Of a DNA stretch of 64,000 nt, positions 20,024 through 28,646 are shown piece after piece (position 1 is the first letter of the stretch; each line of letters opens with the position of its first letter). The stretch spans positions 23,821 to 87,820 of the forward strand of contig CALJUZ010000131.1 of NCBI GenBank assembly GCA_937975235.1, read 5' to 3'. Under the pieces are notes generated by a model. It did not search any database. It saw only the letters and a program-made list of their open reading frames with translations, and had not been told where the DNA came from. Origin of the DNA: an uncultured Bacillota bacterium (GTDB lineage Bacteria; Bacillota; Limnochordia; Limnochordales; ZCTH02-B6). The position numbers and the translations under genes were made by a program.

Positions 20024-21760
20024 CTATCCGGCTCCGGCCTGCGCCACGGGCCGCCGGCGCGGCACGCACAGCTTCCTTCCGGGCGGCAGCGGTCCCTCCC
20101 CGCCGTCCTCCAGCCACGGGTTGACCCGCAAAATTTCGTCCAGGTCCGCGTGGTAGCGGCGGCTCAGCTTCCACAAAGTGTCCCCCGGCTGGATGACGAC
20201 GAACGTAAACGTGGGCGGGTCCTCTTCCGGCGGCGGCACGGCCACCGCCTCCACGATGGCTTCCCGCTCCACCGGCCGGGTCAGCTTGGCCCGCACTTCA
20301 ACCCGCACGTCCGCCTCCACCGCCTCGCGGCTGAGCAGGTCCAGCTCGACGGAGGCCACTTCGGCGTCGACTTCCGCCTCCATGCCGGGCTCCGCCCCGG
20401 CCAGCGGCACCTCGGCCTCCAGCGGCACCGCCCGGCGCCACGCGGCGAAGTGCACCGGCTGCCCTTCCGTCCTGGCCACGTACAGCACGCCCACGTCCAC
20501 GTACCCTTCGGCAATGATTTTGTCGCCCAGCACGAGGACGTCTTCGACCGCCGCGTGGGCTTCGGCGGCCAGCAGCCGATCGACGGGCGGGTGGCCCGGC
20601 GGCAGCTCCAGCGTCTGCTGCAGCCGCTCGTCGGCCGTACCCTCCCCGATCCATTCCTCCAAGCCGAAGGTGGCGGTGCGGTAGTGAATCTCGGTGCCTT
20701 CGGGTCCCGCCAGGCCCACCAGCAGCGGCAGCCGCAGCACCGCCGCGGCCTGCACCGTCAGCTCCACGTCGGCGAACAGCTCCACCTGGCGGCCCCCGCC
20801 CACGACGAACGCGTCCACGCCGCTGACGCGGGCAACCGCCGTCAAGCCGGCGCCTGAGCGCCCCCCGGAGACCGCTTCCGGGCCGCCGCCGGCGGCTCCT
20901 TCTTCCAGTTCGAAGCGGTACGTAAAGGGCGTCTCGCCGTGCCACTCCACGGTGACCAAGTCGCCGTTCTCGTCGACGCACAGGGCGCGGTAATCCACGG
21001 AGCCGGAAACGACGACGCGGCGGGCTTCGCCCGCGGCGCCGGGGTTTTCCCATTCGGCCGACGCCCGGGCCGCGGCCCAAACGTCCACGACGCGGGCCAG
21101 CGGCACGTCGGCGTCCACCGGCAGCGTGCCCTGCACCGAGAGATGCGTGGCGCCGCCGCCCCGCACGTGCTCCACTGCGGTTTCCTGTACGTCCGCCTCC
21201 GCGTCCTGCGGCAGCGCCTCGCCCCGCACGAACACTTCCGCCTGCTGGTACTCCTTCACCCGGCCCCTGACCGACACGATGACTTCCACGTCCACCCCGC
21301 GGCCGTCGTGGTGCAGCTGCACGTCCATGTCTTCGGGAAAGGCCGCGACCTCCACCGCCGCGCCGGGATGCGCGCCGGGAACGTCCAGCACCGCTTCAAA
21401 CACGCCGCCCCGCCGCCAGCGGTGCCGGTACAGCACTTCCCGGTACTCCACCGGATCAAAAGCGGCCGACACGTCGTCGTCCAGGCCGTAGCCCGGCTCG
21501 GCTTCGATGTCGCGGGCCTCGGCCCGCTCCTCCCGCTCGTGGGCGTAGATGATGACAAAGTCCACCGCGCCCTGCACCACCACCTCGTCGTCGCCGGCCT
21601 CCCAGCCGGTGACGACGGGCCGGGCCGCGACGCGCACCACGCGCGCGATGTCAGGCAGCGCGGCGGGCAGCTCCAGCGTCGCCTCGGCCACCGCCTGCCG
21701 GCTGGCCGTCCCGATGAGCCGTGCCATCCGCACCGCCTGCCGCTGCAAAGTGACGTCCAC
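20024..21760 (-). CDS. SipL/SpoVID-like spore-coat morphogenetic protein candidate (DUF3794/SPOCS-type repeats + C-terminal LysM)
   Basis: The C-terminus FTFVVIQPGDTLWKLSRRYHADLDEILRVNPWL...GRKLCVP is a LysM domain. The N-terminal and central regions show the repeated pattern LELP..LPDIARVV.V.A.P.V...E...D.V.V.G.....V.Y typical of DUF3794. GTG 21760 lies 5 nt after GGGGGAG. The 1063-aa ORF-track entry is an artefactual extension. Confidence 0.7.
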   Translation of the reverse strand: MDVTLQRQAVRMARLIGTASRQAVAEATLELPAALPDIARVVRVAARPVVTGWEAGDDEVVVQGAVDFVIIYAHEREERAEARDIEAEPGYGLDDDVSAAFDPVEYREVLYRHRWRRGGVFEAVLDVPGAHPGAAVEVAAFPEDMDVQLHHDGRGVDVEVIVSVRGRVKEYQQAEVFVRGEALPQDAEADVQETAVEHVRGGGATHLSVQGTLPVDADVPLARVVDVWAAARASAEWENPGAAGEARRVVVSGSVDYRALCVDENGDLVTVEWHGETPFTYRFELEEGAAGGGPEAVSGGRSGAGLTAVARVSGVDAFVVGGGRQVELFADVELTVQAAAVLRLPLLVGLAGPEGTEIHYRTATFGLEEWIGEGTADERLQQTLELPPGHPPVDRLLAAEAHAAVEDVLVLGDKIIAEGYVDVGVLYVARTEGQPVHFAAWRRAVPLEAEVPLAGAEPGMEAEVDAEVASVELDLLSREAVEADVRVEVRAKLTRPVEREAIVEAVAVPPPEEDPPTFTFVVIQPGDTLWKLSRRYHADLDEILRVNPWLEDGGEGPLPPGRKLCVPRRRPVAQAGAG

Positions 21761-21945
21761 GCCTGCTCCCCCTTTCGCCCCGTTGGCCGCTGCCTTGGCC
21801 GGCATGTCCGCCGGACCGCCGGGCCGGCCCCGTCTCACCCCGCGGACCGCCCCCGGGCCGTTCTCTCGGCTTAACGGTATTCGGCCGGACGAGGAAACAT
21901 GCTCCCGTGCCGCGGCGCACCCGGCCGGCCGGCGCCGGACAGCCG

Positions 21946-23187
21946 TCACCCTGACGCCGTGCCTCGGGCGGCGGAGCCCTCCCGCAGGACGCGCCACAGA
22001 CGCTGGTCTTCCGCGCCCACGCCGGCCAAATAGGCGCCCGCCAGCCGGTACCGGCGAATGATGCTGATCCGGGCGGCCAAGGACGCGGCGGTTTCCAGCC
22101 ACACCACCGCGTCGCCCTGGTCCAGACGGGCCGAAAACACCGGCCGCCCGGCGGCCTCGTCCCCTTCGGGCCGGACCCGGGCGCGGTACGCCGCCGCCAT
22201 GGCCTGCGCATAGGGCAAAAAGCGGGCCGAATCCCCGGACAAAGCCACCGCTGCGACGCCGACGGCCAGCAGGCACCGCCACGGCGGCAGCCGCCGGACG
22301 GCGGCCCGCACCCACGGGCCCAGCTCCCGGGGCGCCGGCGGGCGCAGGCGGCCGCCGGCCCGGATGAAAGCGGGAGGCGTCAGCACGATGCGATGCGCGA
22401 GGCGGCCCACGGCGGCGTAGTCCAGATCGTTGGTCAGGCGGGACCAGGGGCGGTCCAGATCCCGCAGCGGCAGCGACACCGCCAGCCTCCGTCCGGCGGC
22501 CGCGGCCAGGCGGGCCCCGCGCCGGACGGCCCGCAAGAACTGCGCACCGTCGCCCCACCTCGGCGTCCCCAAATCCAGGTGAAGCACGTCCGCGTCGGCA
22601 GCGGCCGCCGCCTCCAGCCGCTGCTCCAGGAGCCGCCGGCCCGCCCGCGTGTGCAGCAGCGCCTGCAGGGACGCGGGGCCTTCCCGCTGGCAATGCCCGG
22701 GGACGCCCGCCCGCCGGTTGTGCAGCACAATCCACCTGGCCGTGTCCGGCGCGCCGGACGGTGCCGGGGCCTGGTCGTCCCCGACGGGCCACGGCCGCGC
22801 GACGGCGGCCAGCACCTTCCTTTGCCGCTCCACAGCGCGAGCCGCCGCCCGGCCCGCGTCCGCAGCGGGTTCCGCCACCAGTTCGAGGCCGCGGTGAAGG
22901 TCCAAATCTTGATCGAAGAGCGCGTCCACGGTGCGCCGCCCGGCCACGCCGTCGGGGCCGAGGCCGCAGGCGCGCTGAAAATCGCGCACGGCCCCCATGG
23001 TCAGGCAGCCGTACACACCGTCCACCGGACCCGGATCGAAACCAAGTGACCGCAGCCGTTCCTGCAGCCTCCGCACGGCTTCGCCTTTGCTTCCCGGCCG
23101 CAGCACGGATCCGCGGCGCCATTCCCGGATGGCTCGCCCACGCAACGGCCCCACCCCGCCGCGCCCTTCGCGCCGTGTCCCCGTCAA
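21946..23187 (-). CDS. PG_binding_1 domain protein with a GH18-like (YaaH/YdhD-like) C-terminal domain, catalytic motif apparently degenerate
   Basis: N-terminal LRPGSKGEAVRRLQERLRSLGFDPGPVDGVYGCLTMGAVRDFQRACGLGPDGVAG. The downstream layout resembles GH18 (…ADVLHLDLG…FLRAV…RLAVSLP…DYAAVGRLAHRIVL), but LHLDLG replaces the DxDxE-type motif. Confidence 0.55.
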   Translation of the reverse strand: MTGTRREGRGGVGPLRGRAIREWRRGSVLRPGSKGEAVRRLQERLRSLGFDPGPVDGVYGCLTMGAVRDFQRACGLGPDGVAGRRTVDALFDQDLDLHRGLELVAEPAADAGRAAARAVERQRKVLAAVARPWPVGDDQAPAPSGAPDTARWIVLHNRRAGVPGHCQREGPASLQALLHTRAGRRLLEQRLEAAAAADADVLHLDLGTPRWGDGAQFLRAVRRGARLAAAAGRRLAVSLPLRDLDRPWSRLTNDLDYAAVGRLAHRIVLTPPAFIRAGGRLRPPAPRELGPWVRAAVRRLPPWRCLLAVGVAAVALSGDSARFLPYAQAMAAAYRARVRPEGDEAAGRPVFSARLDQGDAVVWLETAASLAARISIIRRYRLAGAYLAGVGAEDQRLWRVLREGSAARGTASG

Positions 23188-23278
23188 CGGATTCGTATGC
23201 GGAACGACCCGGCAAAACGCCCGGGCGGCGCGGATTCGTCAGCGGGACGCTGCGGCGAAACAGCCGCTCCGTACCGCG

Positions 23279-24337
23279 TCAAAAGCGAACGCCCAGTGCC
23301 TCGCACACCGCCTGAATGCGGTTGCACAGGCTGGCCCGGGCGGAGCCGGCGAACAGCAGGCCCACCGCCCGCCGCCGCTCGTCCACAACCAGCGAGCCGC
23401 TGTCGCCCGGCTCCGCCAGCGGCGACGTGACGACCTGGTCGGCAAAGCGGGCGATGACGCCGCCGCCCAGACCGACGTTCATCGTCGCGCCCAAAGCCAG
23501 CACGCGGCCCCACGTCACGCCGCTGGTGCGCCCGCTCTTGCCTACGCGCATGCCGACCTCCGCCTCGGCCACGCCCCGGACCCGCCCCAGGCCGACGATG
23601 CGATCCGTGATCATATCGTCCTGCACCGGCTTGACGAGGGCCGCGTCCACCACGTTGTCCTCCTCGGCCCGGCGAAACAGCCGCAGCTCGTAGCGGGGCC
23701 AGGCCAGCCGCAGGAGGCGGTTGAGGACGGCCTCCGCGGCGCGCGCGGTGCCGCACTGCGGCAGCGTCACCGCCGGGCGCATGGGCACGAACCGGGCCAA
23801 GTGCCCGATGACGTCGCGCTCGGGCGTGCCGTCGTCGAAAGGGCCGGGCTGCAGCACCGGATCCCCCGGGCGGGCCCGCCCGTCCCGGCCGTCGGTCTGA
23901 TTGGCCAGCACGTGGTTGTTGGACAGGATGTAGGGCTCGCCCGTGGCCGCATCTCGTACGACAGCGCCGAACGTGCCCGCGGTCACGTGCACGTGCCCGA
24001 TGCTGACGCCCGGCGGCGCGGGCCGCAGCCGCGCCGTGCGGTCCACGCCGGGCTCGCGGCTTTGGCGCTCGCCGGACTCGTGGCCGACGGCCCCCAGCAG
24101 CACCACGTCCCCCACTTCCAGCACGTCCGTTTCGACGCCGGCCAGCCGCGCCGGGACGCAGTCTGTGCTCTTGAGCTCCGACGGAGGCAGCTTTTTCCGG
24201 ACGAACACCACCAGGCCCTCCCGCCCGGTGTCCCGCCCCCGCACCTGCTTGCGTCCCCAGCCGCAGCCGATGACATTGGCCAGCGGCAGCACCCGCTCTT
24301 GGTGCCGCCGCACCCATTGAGCCCGTTCCGAAAGCAT
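23279..24337 (-). CDS. trypsin-like (S1 family) serine protease
   Basis: Catalytic triad context: SNNHVLAN (His), VVDAALV (Asp), EPGDSGSLVV (Ser). ATG 24337 lies 5 nt after AGGGGGG. Confidence 0.75.
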   Translation of the reverse strand: MLSERAQWVRRHQERVLPLANVIGCGWGRKQVRGRDTGREGLVVFVRKKLPPSELKSTDCVPARLAGVETDVLEVGDVVLLGAVGHESGERQSREPGVDRTARLRPAPPGVSIGHVHVTAGTFGAVVRDAATGEPYILSNNHVLANQTDGRDGRARPGDPVLQPGPFDDGTPERDVIGHLARFVPMRPAVTLPQCGTARAAEAVLNRLLRLAWPRYELRLFRRAEEDNVVDAALVKPVQDDMITDRIVGLGRVRGVAEAEVGMRVGKSGRTSGVTWGRVLALGATMNVGLGGGVIARFADQVVTSPLAEPGDSGSLVVDERRRAVGLLFAGSARASLCNRIQAVCEALGVRF

Positions 24338-24409
24338 GGGCGCCCCCCTTTGCACACGTCCCCAAAGGTGACGTATGCAGAGGGCGCCGCGCCGGTGCAG
24401 GCCGCCTCA

Positions 24410-24439
24410 TAGACAGACCCTTCGATGTTTCCTTATAAT
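24410..24439 (+). promoter_or_regulatory. sigma-A-type promoter for the HTH gene
   Basis: TAGACA (24410-24415), 18-nt spacer, TATAAT (24434-24439). It is followed by the leader hairpin GTGAGA...TCTCAC (about 24443-24477), which abuts the SD. Confidence 0.5.
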
Positions 24440-24482
24440 GAGGTGAGAGACCGATTAATCCGGAGAATGCGTCTCACAGGAG

Positions 24483-25109
24483 ATGGAACCGTTGCATGCG
24501 GAACGAAGACGCCGCTGGCTGACTTTGTCCGATGTGGCCGACATGCTGGGCGTGCACGAAGGCACCGTCCGTCGGTGGGCCGACACGGGCAAGCTCCCGT
24601 CGTATCGTACGCCGGGCGGCCATCGCCGTTTTCTGAGCGAGGACGTCATCCAGTTCCTGGCGCAGCGCCGCGGGGCGAGCGGCCGGGACTTGCAGGTTTT
24701 GGAAAGCCGGGTGCTGCGCAAAGCCCATGAGGAAGTGGCCACCCACGTCCACGGGCAGCCGTGGTACGCGTTTTACGACGAGCGGCGCTCGTCGCGGCGG
24801 CGGGAGACGGGCCAGCGGCTTCTGGCCATGCTCTTGCACTACACGTCCCGCAGCGACGACGGCGACGTCTATCTGCAGGAAGCCAAAGCCTTGATGCGCG
24901 AGTACGGCCGGGAAGCCTACACGCTGGGCATGAGCCTGCACGACACGGCCCAGGCGTACCTGTTCTTCCGGCGCTCCCTCATCGACGTGGTGGCCCGCGG
25001 CGTCCAGGTGGCCGATCCGGACAGCGCCCGGCTGCTCGAGCGGCTGCACAACTTCTGGGACGACTTGCTCCTGGCCATGATCGACGGCTACACCGAAGCC
25101 TCCGCTTGA
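24483..25109 (+). CDS. excisionase/MerR-type HTH DNA-binding protein with helical C-terminal domain
   Basis: WLTLSDVADMLGVHEGTVRRWADTGKLPSYRTPGGHRRF is an excisionase-family HTH. The start is uncertain: the ATG at 24483 abuts AGGAG, and the TTG at 24492 has better spacing. Confidence 0.65.
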   Translation: MEPLHAERRRRWLTLSDVADMLGVHEGTVRRWADTGKLPSYRTPGGHRRFLSEDVIQFLAQRRGASGRDLQVLESRVLRKAHEEVATHVHGQPWYAFYDERRSSRRRETGQRLLAMLLHYTSRSDDGDVYLQEAKALMREYGREAYTLGMSLHDTAQAYLFFRRSLIDVVARGVQVADPDSARLLERLHNFWDDLLLAMIDGYTEASA

Positions 25110-25169
25110 GCCGGAGCCTGGTCCCGGCACGCCCGGGCGCCCGCCTGCACGAACACGGCGAGAGACACG

Positions 25170-25196
25170 AAAAAAGCCCGGAGCTTTGCTCCGGGC
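25170..25196 (-). terminator. intrinsic terminator downstream of veg
   Basis: Stem GCCCGGAGC/GCTCCGGGC (25176-84 / 25188-96) with a 3-nt loop, followed on the minus strand by TTTTTT (25170-75). Confidence 0.75.
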
Positions 25197-25272
25197 CATG
25201 CCACGGCTCCGGCGGCGTCCGCCGGGTCCTGTTCGCAGCGTTCACGGAACGGGCATCCGACCCGTCCGCCGA

Positions 25273-25548
25273 TCAGAAATTGGCCACCCCAATTTGCTTG
25301 TCGTCGACGCTCACTTCCACCGTCGACGTCAAGACGTCGGCGTACGAGTATGACATGCGATTGACGGTGCCGCGCTTGTCCACCCGGATGACGAACACCC
25401 GCGGGTACGTCTTCTCCAAGATGCCCTCTTCCTCGATGTACCGGCGACGACCGCGGTTGGCCCGCAGCCGCACGCGGCGACCTACGTAGTTCTCCAGGTC
25501 GCGCTTGATCTCTTCCAGGGTCTTGGGGTTCGCAGCCACCTGCATCAC
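25273..25548 (-). CDS. veg: Veg protein
   Basis: KTLEEIKRDLENYVGRRVRLRANRGRRRYIEEEGILEKTYPRVFVIRV...MSYSYADVLTSTVEV aligns with B. subtilis Veg. Start is GTG 25548 or ATG 25545. Confidence 0.92.
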   Translation of the reverse strand: MMQVAANPKTLEEIKRDLENYVGRRVRLRANRGRRRYIEEEGILEKTYPRVFVIRVDKRGTVNRMSYSYADVLTSTVEVSVDDKQIGVANF

Positions 25549-25575
25549 CTCGCTTGCACTCTTGTCACATCAAGC

Positions 25576-25604
25576 ATTTTAACACGATTACCGGTCTCTG
25601 TCAA
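25576..25604 (-). promoter_or_regulatory. veg promoter, proximal
   Basis: Minus strand reads TTGACA (25604-25599), 17-nt spacer, TAAAAT (25581-25576). Confidence 0.65.
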
Positions 25605-25616
25605 GTAAAAGAATTG

Positions 25617-25646
25617 ATTATAGCAAAGGCCTCGAAACGTTGTCAA
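25617..25646 (-). promoter_or_regulatory. veg promoter, distal (perfect consensus)
   Basis: Minus strand reads TTGACA (25646-25641), 18-nt spacer, TATAAT (25622-25617). Confidence 0.7.
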
Positions 25647-25680
25647 GCGCCGTTTTCGGGGAAATTTCGGCCGGAATGTG

Positions 25681-25703
25681 AAAAAACCCGGCCGCAGGCC
25701 GGG
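25681..25703 (-). terminator. intrinsic terminator after the DUF458 gene
   Basis: Stem CCCGGCC/GGCCGGG with a 3-nt loop, followed on the minus strand by TTTTTT (25686-25681). A second U-tract-less hairpin, GCGGAAAACC/GGTTTTTCCGC, lies at 25740-25769. Confidence 0.75.
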
Positions 25704-25770
25704 CGTGTTGACAGTATTGCCGCATCGCTGGCTTTTTATGCGGAAAACCGGCTGGGCTGGTTTTTCCGCA

Positions 25771-26241
25771 TCACTTCGTGTACTTGTCCGCCACCGTCAT
25801 AGCGCCGTACGAGTCGGGCTTGATGCGCGCGTCGAAGCCCGAGCCCACCACCATGCCCACCACTTCCCGGATCAGGTCCCGGGTCCGGCCGTTTTCGCCC
25901 ACGTCCAGGTGAATCTCGACGTTCAGGTCCGCATAGCCGTTTTCGGCCAGCTTGTCGGCGATGCGGCCGGCGATCTCCAGGCTGCGGGCCGTCTCGTAAA
26001 AGATGCGCTGGCGGAGAGAGCGCTGGGTGCGTTCTCGCTCCCGCGTGTAATAATAGCGGGCGCCCTTCCCCTCCCGGTGCACCACGACGGCGGTGACGAA
26101 GCACGTTTCCTCGCCCAGCTGCGAGTCGGTGCCGATGATGACCCGGTGGCGGGCGTCAGGAACCGCCCCGATGTACGCCACCATGTCCTCGAACACCTCG
26201 TCGAAGGAGAGGCGCCCTCTGGACGGGCTGATGAAGTCCAT
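25771..26241 (-). CDS. RNase H-like YkuK family protein (DUF458)
   Basis: MDFISPSRGRLSFDEVFEDMVAYI...HRVIIGTDSQ...CFVTAVVVHREGKGARYYY...IHLDVGENGRT fits the DUF458 pattern. ATG 26241 lies 5 nt after GGAGG. Confidence 0.7.
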   Translation of the reverse strand: MDFISPSRGRLSFDEVFEDMVAYIGAVPDARHRVIIGTDSQLGEETCFVTAVVVHREGKGARYYYTRERERTQRSLRQRIFYETARSLEIAGRIADKLAENGYADLNVEIHLDVGENGRTRDLIREVVGMVVGSGFDARIKPDSYGAMTVADKYTK

Positions 26242-26264
26242 GAATGCCTCCACCTTTCGGAGAC

Positions 26265-26293
26265 ATTATACCATTCGAACAAATGTGCCTCAA
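26265..26293 (-). promoter_or_regulatory. sigma-A-type promoter of the DUF458 gene
   Basis: Minus strand reads TTGAGG (26293-26288), 17-nt spacer, TATAAT (26270-26265). Confidence 0.6.
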
Positions 26294-26425
26294 CAGCCGG
26301 AGGATGCGTCCGGACGCGGACGGGCGAGAAAGCGCGCGCACGAGCGAATTTGGCGGGCGGCGTCATGGGCGGGCGGCCCTTGGCCGGCCCGCGGCCCGGG
26401 CGGCAAAATGGCCCCCGGCCGGGTC

Positions 26426-27421
26426 TTATCCGGACCGCGCGGCCAGCGCGTTGGCCAGCCGCACGAACTCGGCCGGCGACAGCGTCTCGCCCCGCCGGGC
26501 GCCGTCGATGCCGGCCGCGGCCAGCGCGTCCTCCACGGCCCTGTCCGGCCACGGCGCCCCGGTTTCGCCGGGCCCCTCCCCGCGGCCCCGGCGCCGCGGC
26601 GAAGGGGCCGCCTCCGACGCCGGTCCGCCGGACGCCTTGGCCGCGGCCCGCAGCGCGTTGCGCAGCGTCTTGCGGCGCTGGCCGAACGCGGCCCGCACCA
26701 CGGCGAACAGCACCGCCTCGTCCAGCACGTCCCCGGGCAGAGGCCGCAGCTTCAGGCGCACCACGGCCGACTCCACGGCGGGCTTGGGGAAAAACACGTG
26801 GGGCGACACGACGCCCACCGTTTCCACGTCGGCCCGCAGCTGCACCGCCACCGACAAGGCGCCGTAGTCTTTCGTGCCCGGCCGGGCCGTCAGGCGCTGC
26901 GCGACTTCCCGCTGGACCATGACCACCATGCTGTCCAGCGGCGGCCCTTCCTCCAGAAACCGCATGAGCAGCGGCGTGGTGATGTAGTAGGGCAAATTGG
27001 CGATGACTTTGCCCGTGCCGCCCGGTCCCGGGGGATGCTCCGCGAGCAAGGCGTGAAAGTCCACCTCCAGCGCGTCGGCGTGGACCAGGCGCACGTTGTC
27101 CCGCGCCCGCAGCAGCCGCTCCAGCCAGCGCACCAAGCCCGCGTCCACTTCCACGGCGATGACGGTGCGGACCGCGTCGGCCAGAGCCCACGTCAGCACG
27201 CCCAGCCCGGGGCCGATCTCGATGACGGTGTCTTCAGGAGTGAGCCGCGCCGCGTCGATGATGCGCCGCAGCACGTTGCGGTCCACGAGAAAGTTTTGGC
27301 CCAGGCCTTTGCGCGGCGCCAGGCCGCAGCGCTCCAGCACGGCCGCCACGCCCGACGGCGTGGCCAGGCGCTCCGGGTCCAAAACGTCATGTTCATCGGC
27401 AGGGTCAAAGTGTTGTGTCAT
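26426..27421 (-). CDS. rsmA: 16S rRNA (adenine1518/1519-N6)-dimethyltransferase RsmA/KsgA
   Basis: GQNFLVDRNVLRRII...VIEIGPGLGVLT...NLPYYITTPLL...FFPKPAVESAVV...AFGQRRKTL. ATG 27421. Carries a Pro/Gly/Arg-rich insertion near the C-terminus. The 651-aa ORF-track entry is an extension. Confidence 0.92.
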   Translation of the reverse strand: MTQHFDPADEHDVLDPERLATPSGVAAVLERCGLAPRKGLGQNFLVDRNVLRRIIDAARLTPEDTVIEIGPGLGVLTWALADAVRTVIAVEVDAGLVRWLERLLRARDNVRLVHADALEVDFHALLAEHPPGPGGTGKVIANLPYYITTPLLMRFLEEGPPLDSMVVMVQREVAQRLTARPGTKDYGALSVAVQLRADVETVGVVSPHVFFPKPAVESAVVRLKLRPLPGDVLDEAVLFAVVRAAFGQRRKTLRNALRAAAKASGGPASEAAPSPRRRGRGEGPGETGAPWPDRAVEDALAAAGIDGARRGETLSPAEFVRLANALAARSG

Positions 27422-27459
27422 AATCTCCCGGACGTTGGCTGGCTTCGCGCCCGTTCCCT

Positions 27460-28461
27460 TCATTCGGACGCCAAAATGTACACCTTCACCCGCTGGCGCC
27501 CGAAATGCATGGCTTCGCGGTACGTGTCGAAGGCCAGGTCGATAATGTTCCCTTTGATCGCGCCGCCCACGTCGCCCGCGACGGCGATGCCGTAGCCGGG
27601 AATGTAGACGCGCGTGCCCAGCGGAATGACCGACGGATCCACCGCGATGACGCCGTGCCCCGCCTTGAGCCCGGTGGCCGTGTAGCCGTCGGCCCACACG
27701 CCGGTGCTTTCCGGCCCGGGGTAGTACGCGGTGGCCTCCATGTCCAGCACGTCGGTGTACCGGATGAGCCCGGCGGGCGTCTGCATTTCCCGCACGACGA
27801 TGCGGGTGCCGATGCCGATAATCTCCGCCCGGGGCTCCTCCACGGTCTCCCGGTCCACCACCAGCTGGTGCACCAGCCGGCCGTCCTCGTACGTGGCCAG
27901 GACGGTGCGCCGCTCCAGGCCCTCCCGGCCTTCCCGCAAAATGCCGGTGCGGCCCCGCTCCCATGTGGGCTCGGCCCAGCGCCACGTCTCGTACGGAATG
28001 GGCGCCTCGGTCACGTACTCCTCCTGGCGCACCCGCACGACGCGGATGACCGTGTCGTCGGCGACGGGCGCGTCCAGAGGCGGCGTCACCCGGTCCAGGG
28101 GCCCCAGCTCCACGCCCGCGTCGGCCAGCAACTCGCCCACCGTCCGGCCCGGCGCCCGGTGCGACGTCTGGCGTCCGTCCACGGCGATGACCACGCCCAC
28201 GCCCCGCTGGATGGCCACCGTCATGCCCGGCCGCACCGCGGCCTCGGGCGGCGGCGTGATGCGGTCGCCGCCGTTGACCGGCACGTTGAGCTGCTGCAGC
28301 GCGTCGGCCACCGTGCCGCGGAACGTCTCCGCGTGCACCACCTGCTGGCCGTCCACCACGGTCAGGGCCGTGATGACCCACGACGGCGACGCCATGACCA
28401 GCGCCCCGATGACCGCCAGAAACAGCACCGCCCGCACCCGCTCATCAAAGATCAGCCGCAT
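27460..28461 (-). CDS. yabE: YabE-like protein (DUF348 x2, G5, 3D domains)
   Basis: N-terminal anchor. The DUF348-like repeats have the form (V..DG......T...TV.ELL...G..L...D.V.P). G5 region (ETWRWAEPTWERGRTGILREGREGLERRTV). The 3D domain is ATAYYPGPESTG...GVIAVDPSVIPLGTRVYIPGYG..VAGDVGGAIKGN.IDL. GAGGAGG RBS. Confidence 0.88.
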   Translation of the reverse strand: MRLIFDERVRAVLFLAVIGALVMASPSWVITALTVVDGQQVVHAETFRGTVADALQQLNVPVNGGDRITPPPEAAVRPGMTVAIQRGVGVVIAVDGRQTSHRAPGRTVGELLADAGVELGPLDRVTPPLDAPVADDTVIRVVRVRQEEYVTEAPIPYETWRWAEPTWERGRTGILREGREGLERRTVLATYEDGRLVHQLVVDRETVEEPRAEIIGIGTRIVVREMQTPAGLIRYTDVLDMEATAYYPGPESTGVWADGYTATGLKAGHGVIAVDPSVIPLGTRVYIPGYGIAVAGDVGGAIKGNIIDLAFDTYREAMHFGRQRVKVYILASE

Positions 28462-28642
28462 CGCCAGCCTCCTCGATGAAGCGGCCCAGCCTGGCCCGGA
28501 TCTCCTCCTCGCTCAGCTCATCGAGCCGGTCCACCAGATCGATCATTTCCGCGAGCTCGTCCTCGGACAGCACGCCTTTGCGGTGCAGCCCCTCGAACAC
28601 GCTCAAAAACTTCAGCTTCAGGCGCTCCATATGCTCGAACAC
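28445..28642 (-). CDS. hypothetical small acidic helical protein (65 aa)
   Basis: The ORF fills the dnaB-yabE gap exactly. It starts 5 nt after the dnaB stop, and its 3' end overlaps the yabE start by 17 nt and contains the yabE RBS. Third codon positions are GC-rich. No recognisable family and a weak RBS. Confidence 0.45.
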   Translation of the reverse strand: MFEHMERLKLKFLSVFEGLHRKGVLSEDELAEMIDLVDRLDELSEEEIRARLGRFIEEAGDAADL

Positions 28643-28646
28643 GGGT

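Noticed and set aside
21761-23215. N-terminal 485 aa of the 1063-aa ORF 20024-23215
   Set aside because: This part is Arg/Gly/Pro junk and overlaps the PG-binding/GH18-like CDS in a different frame. A GTG with a good RBS at 21760 begins the recognisable DUF3794 protein.
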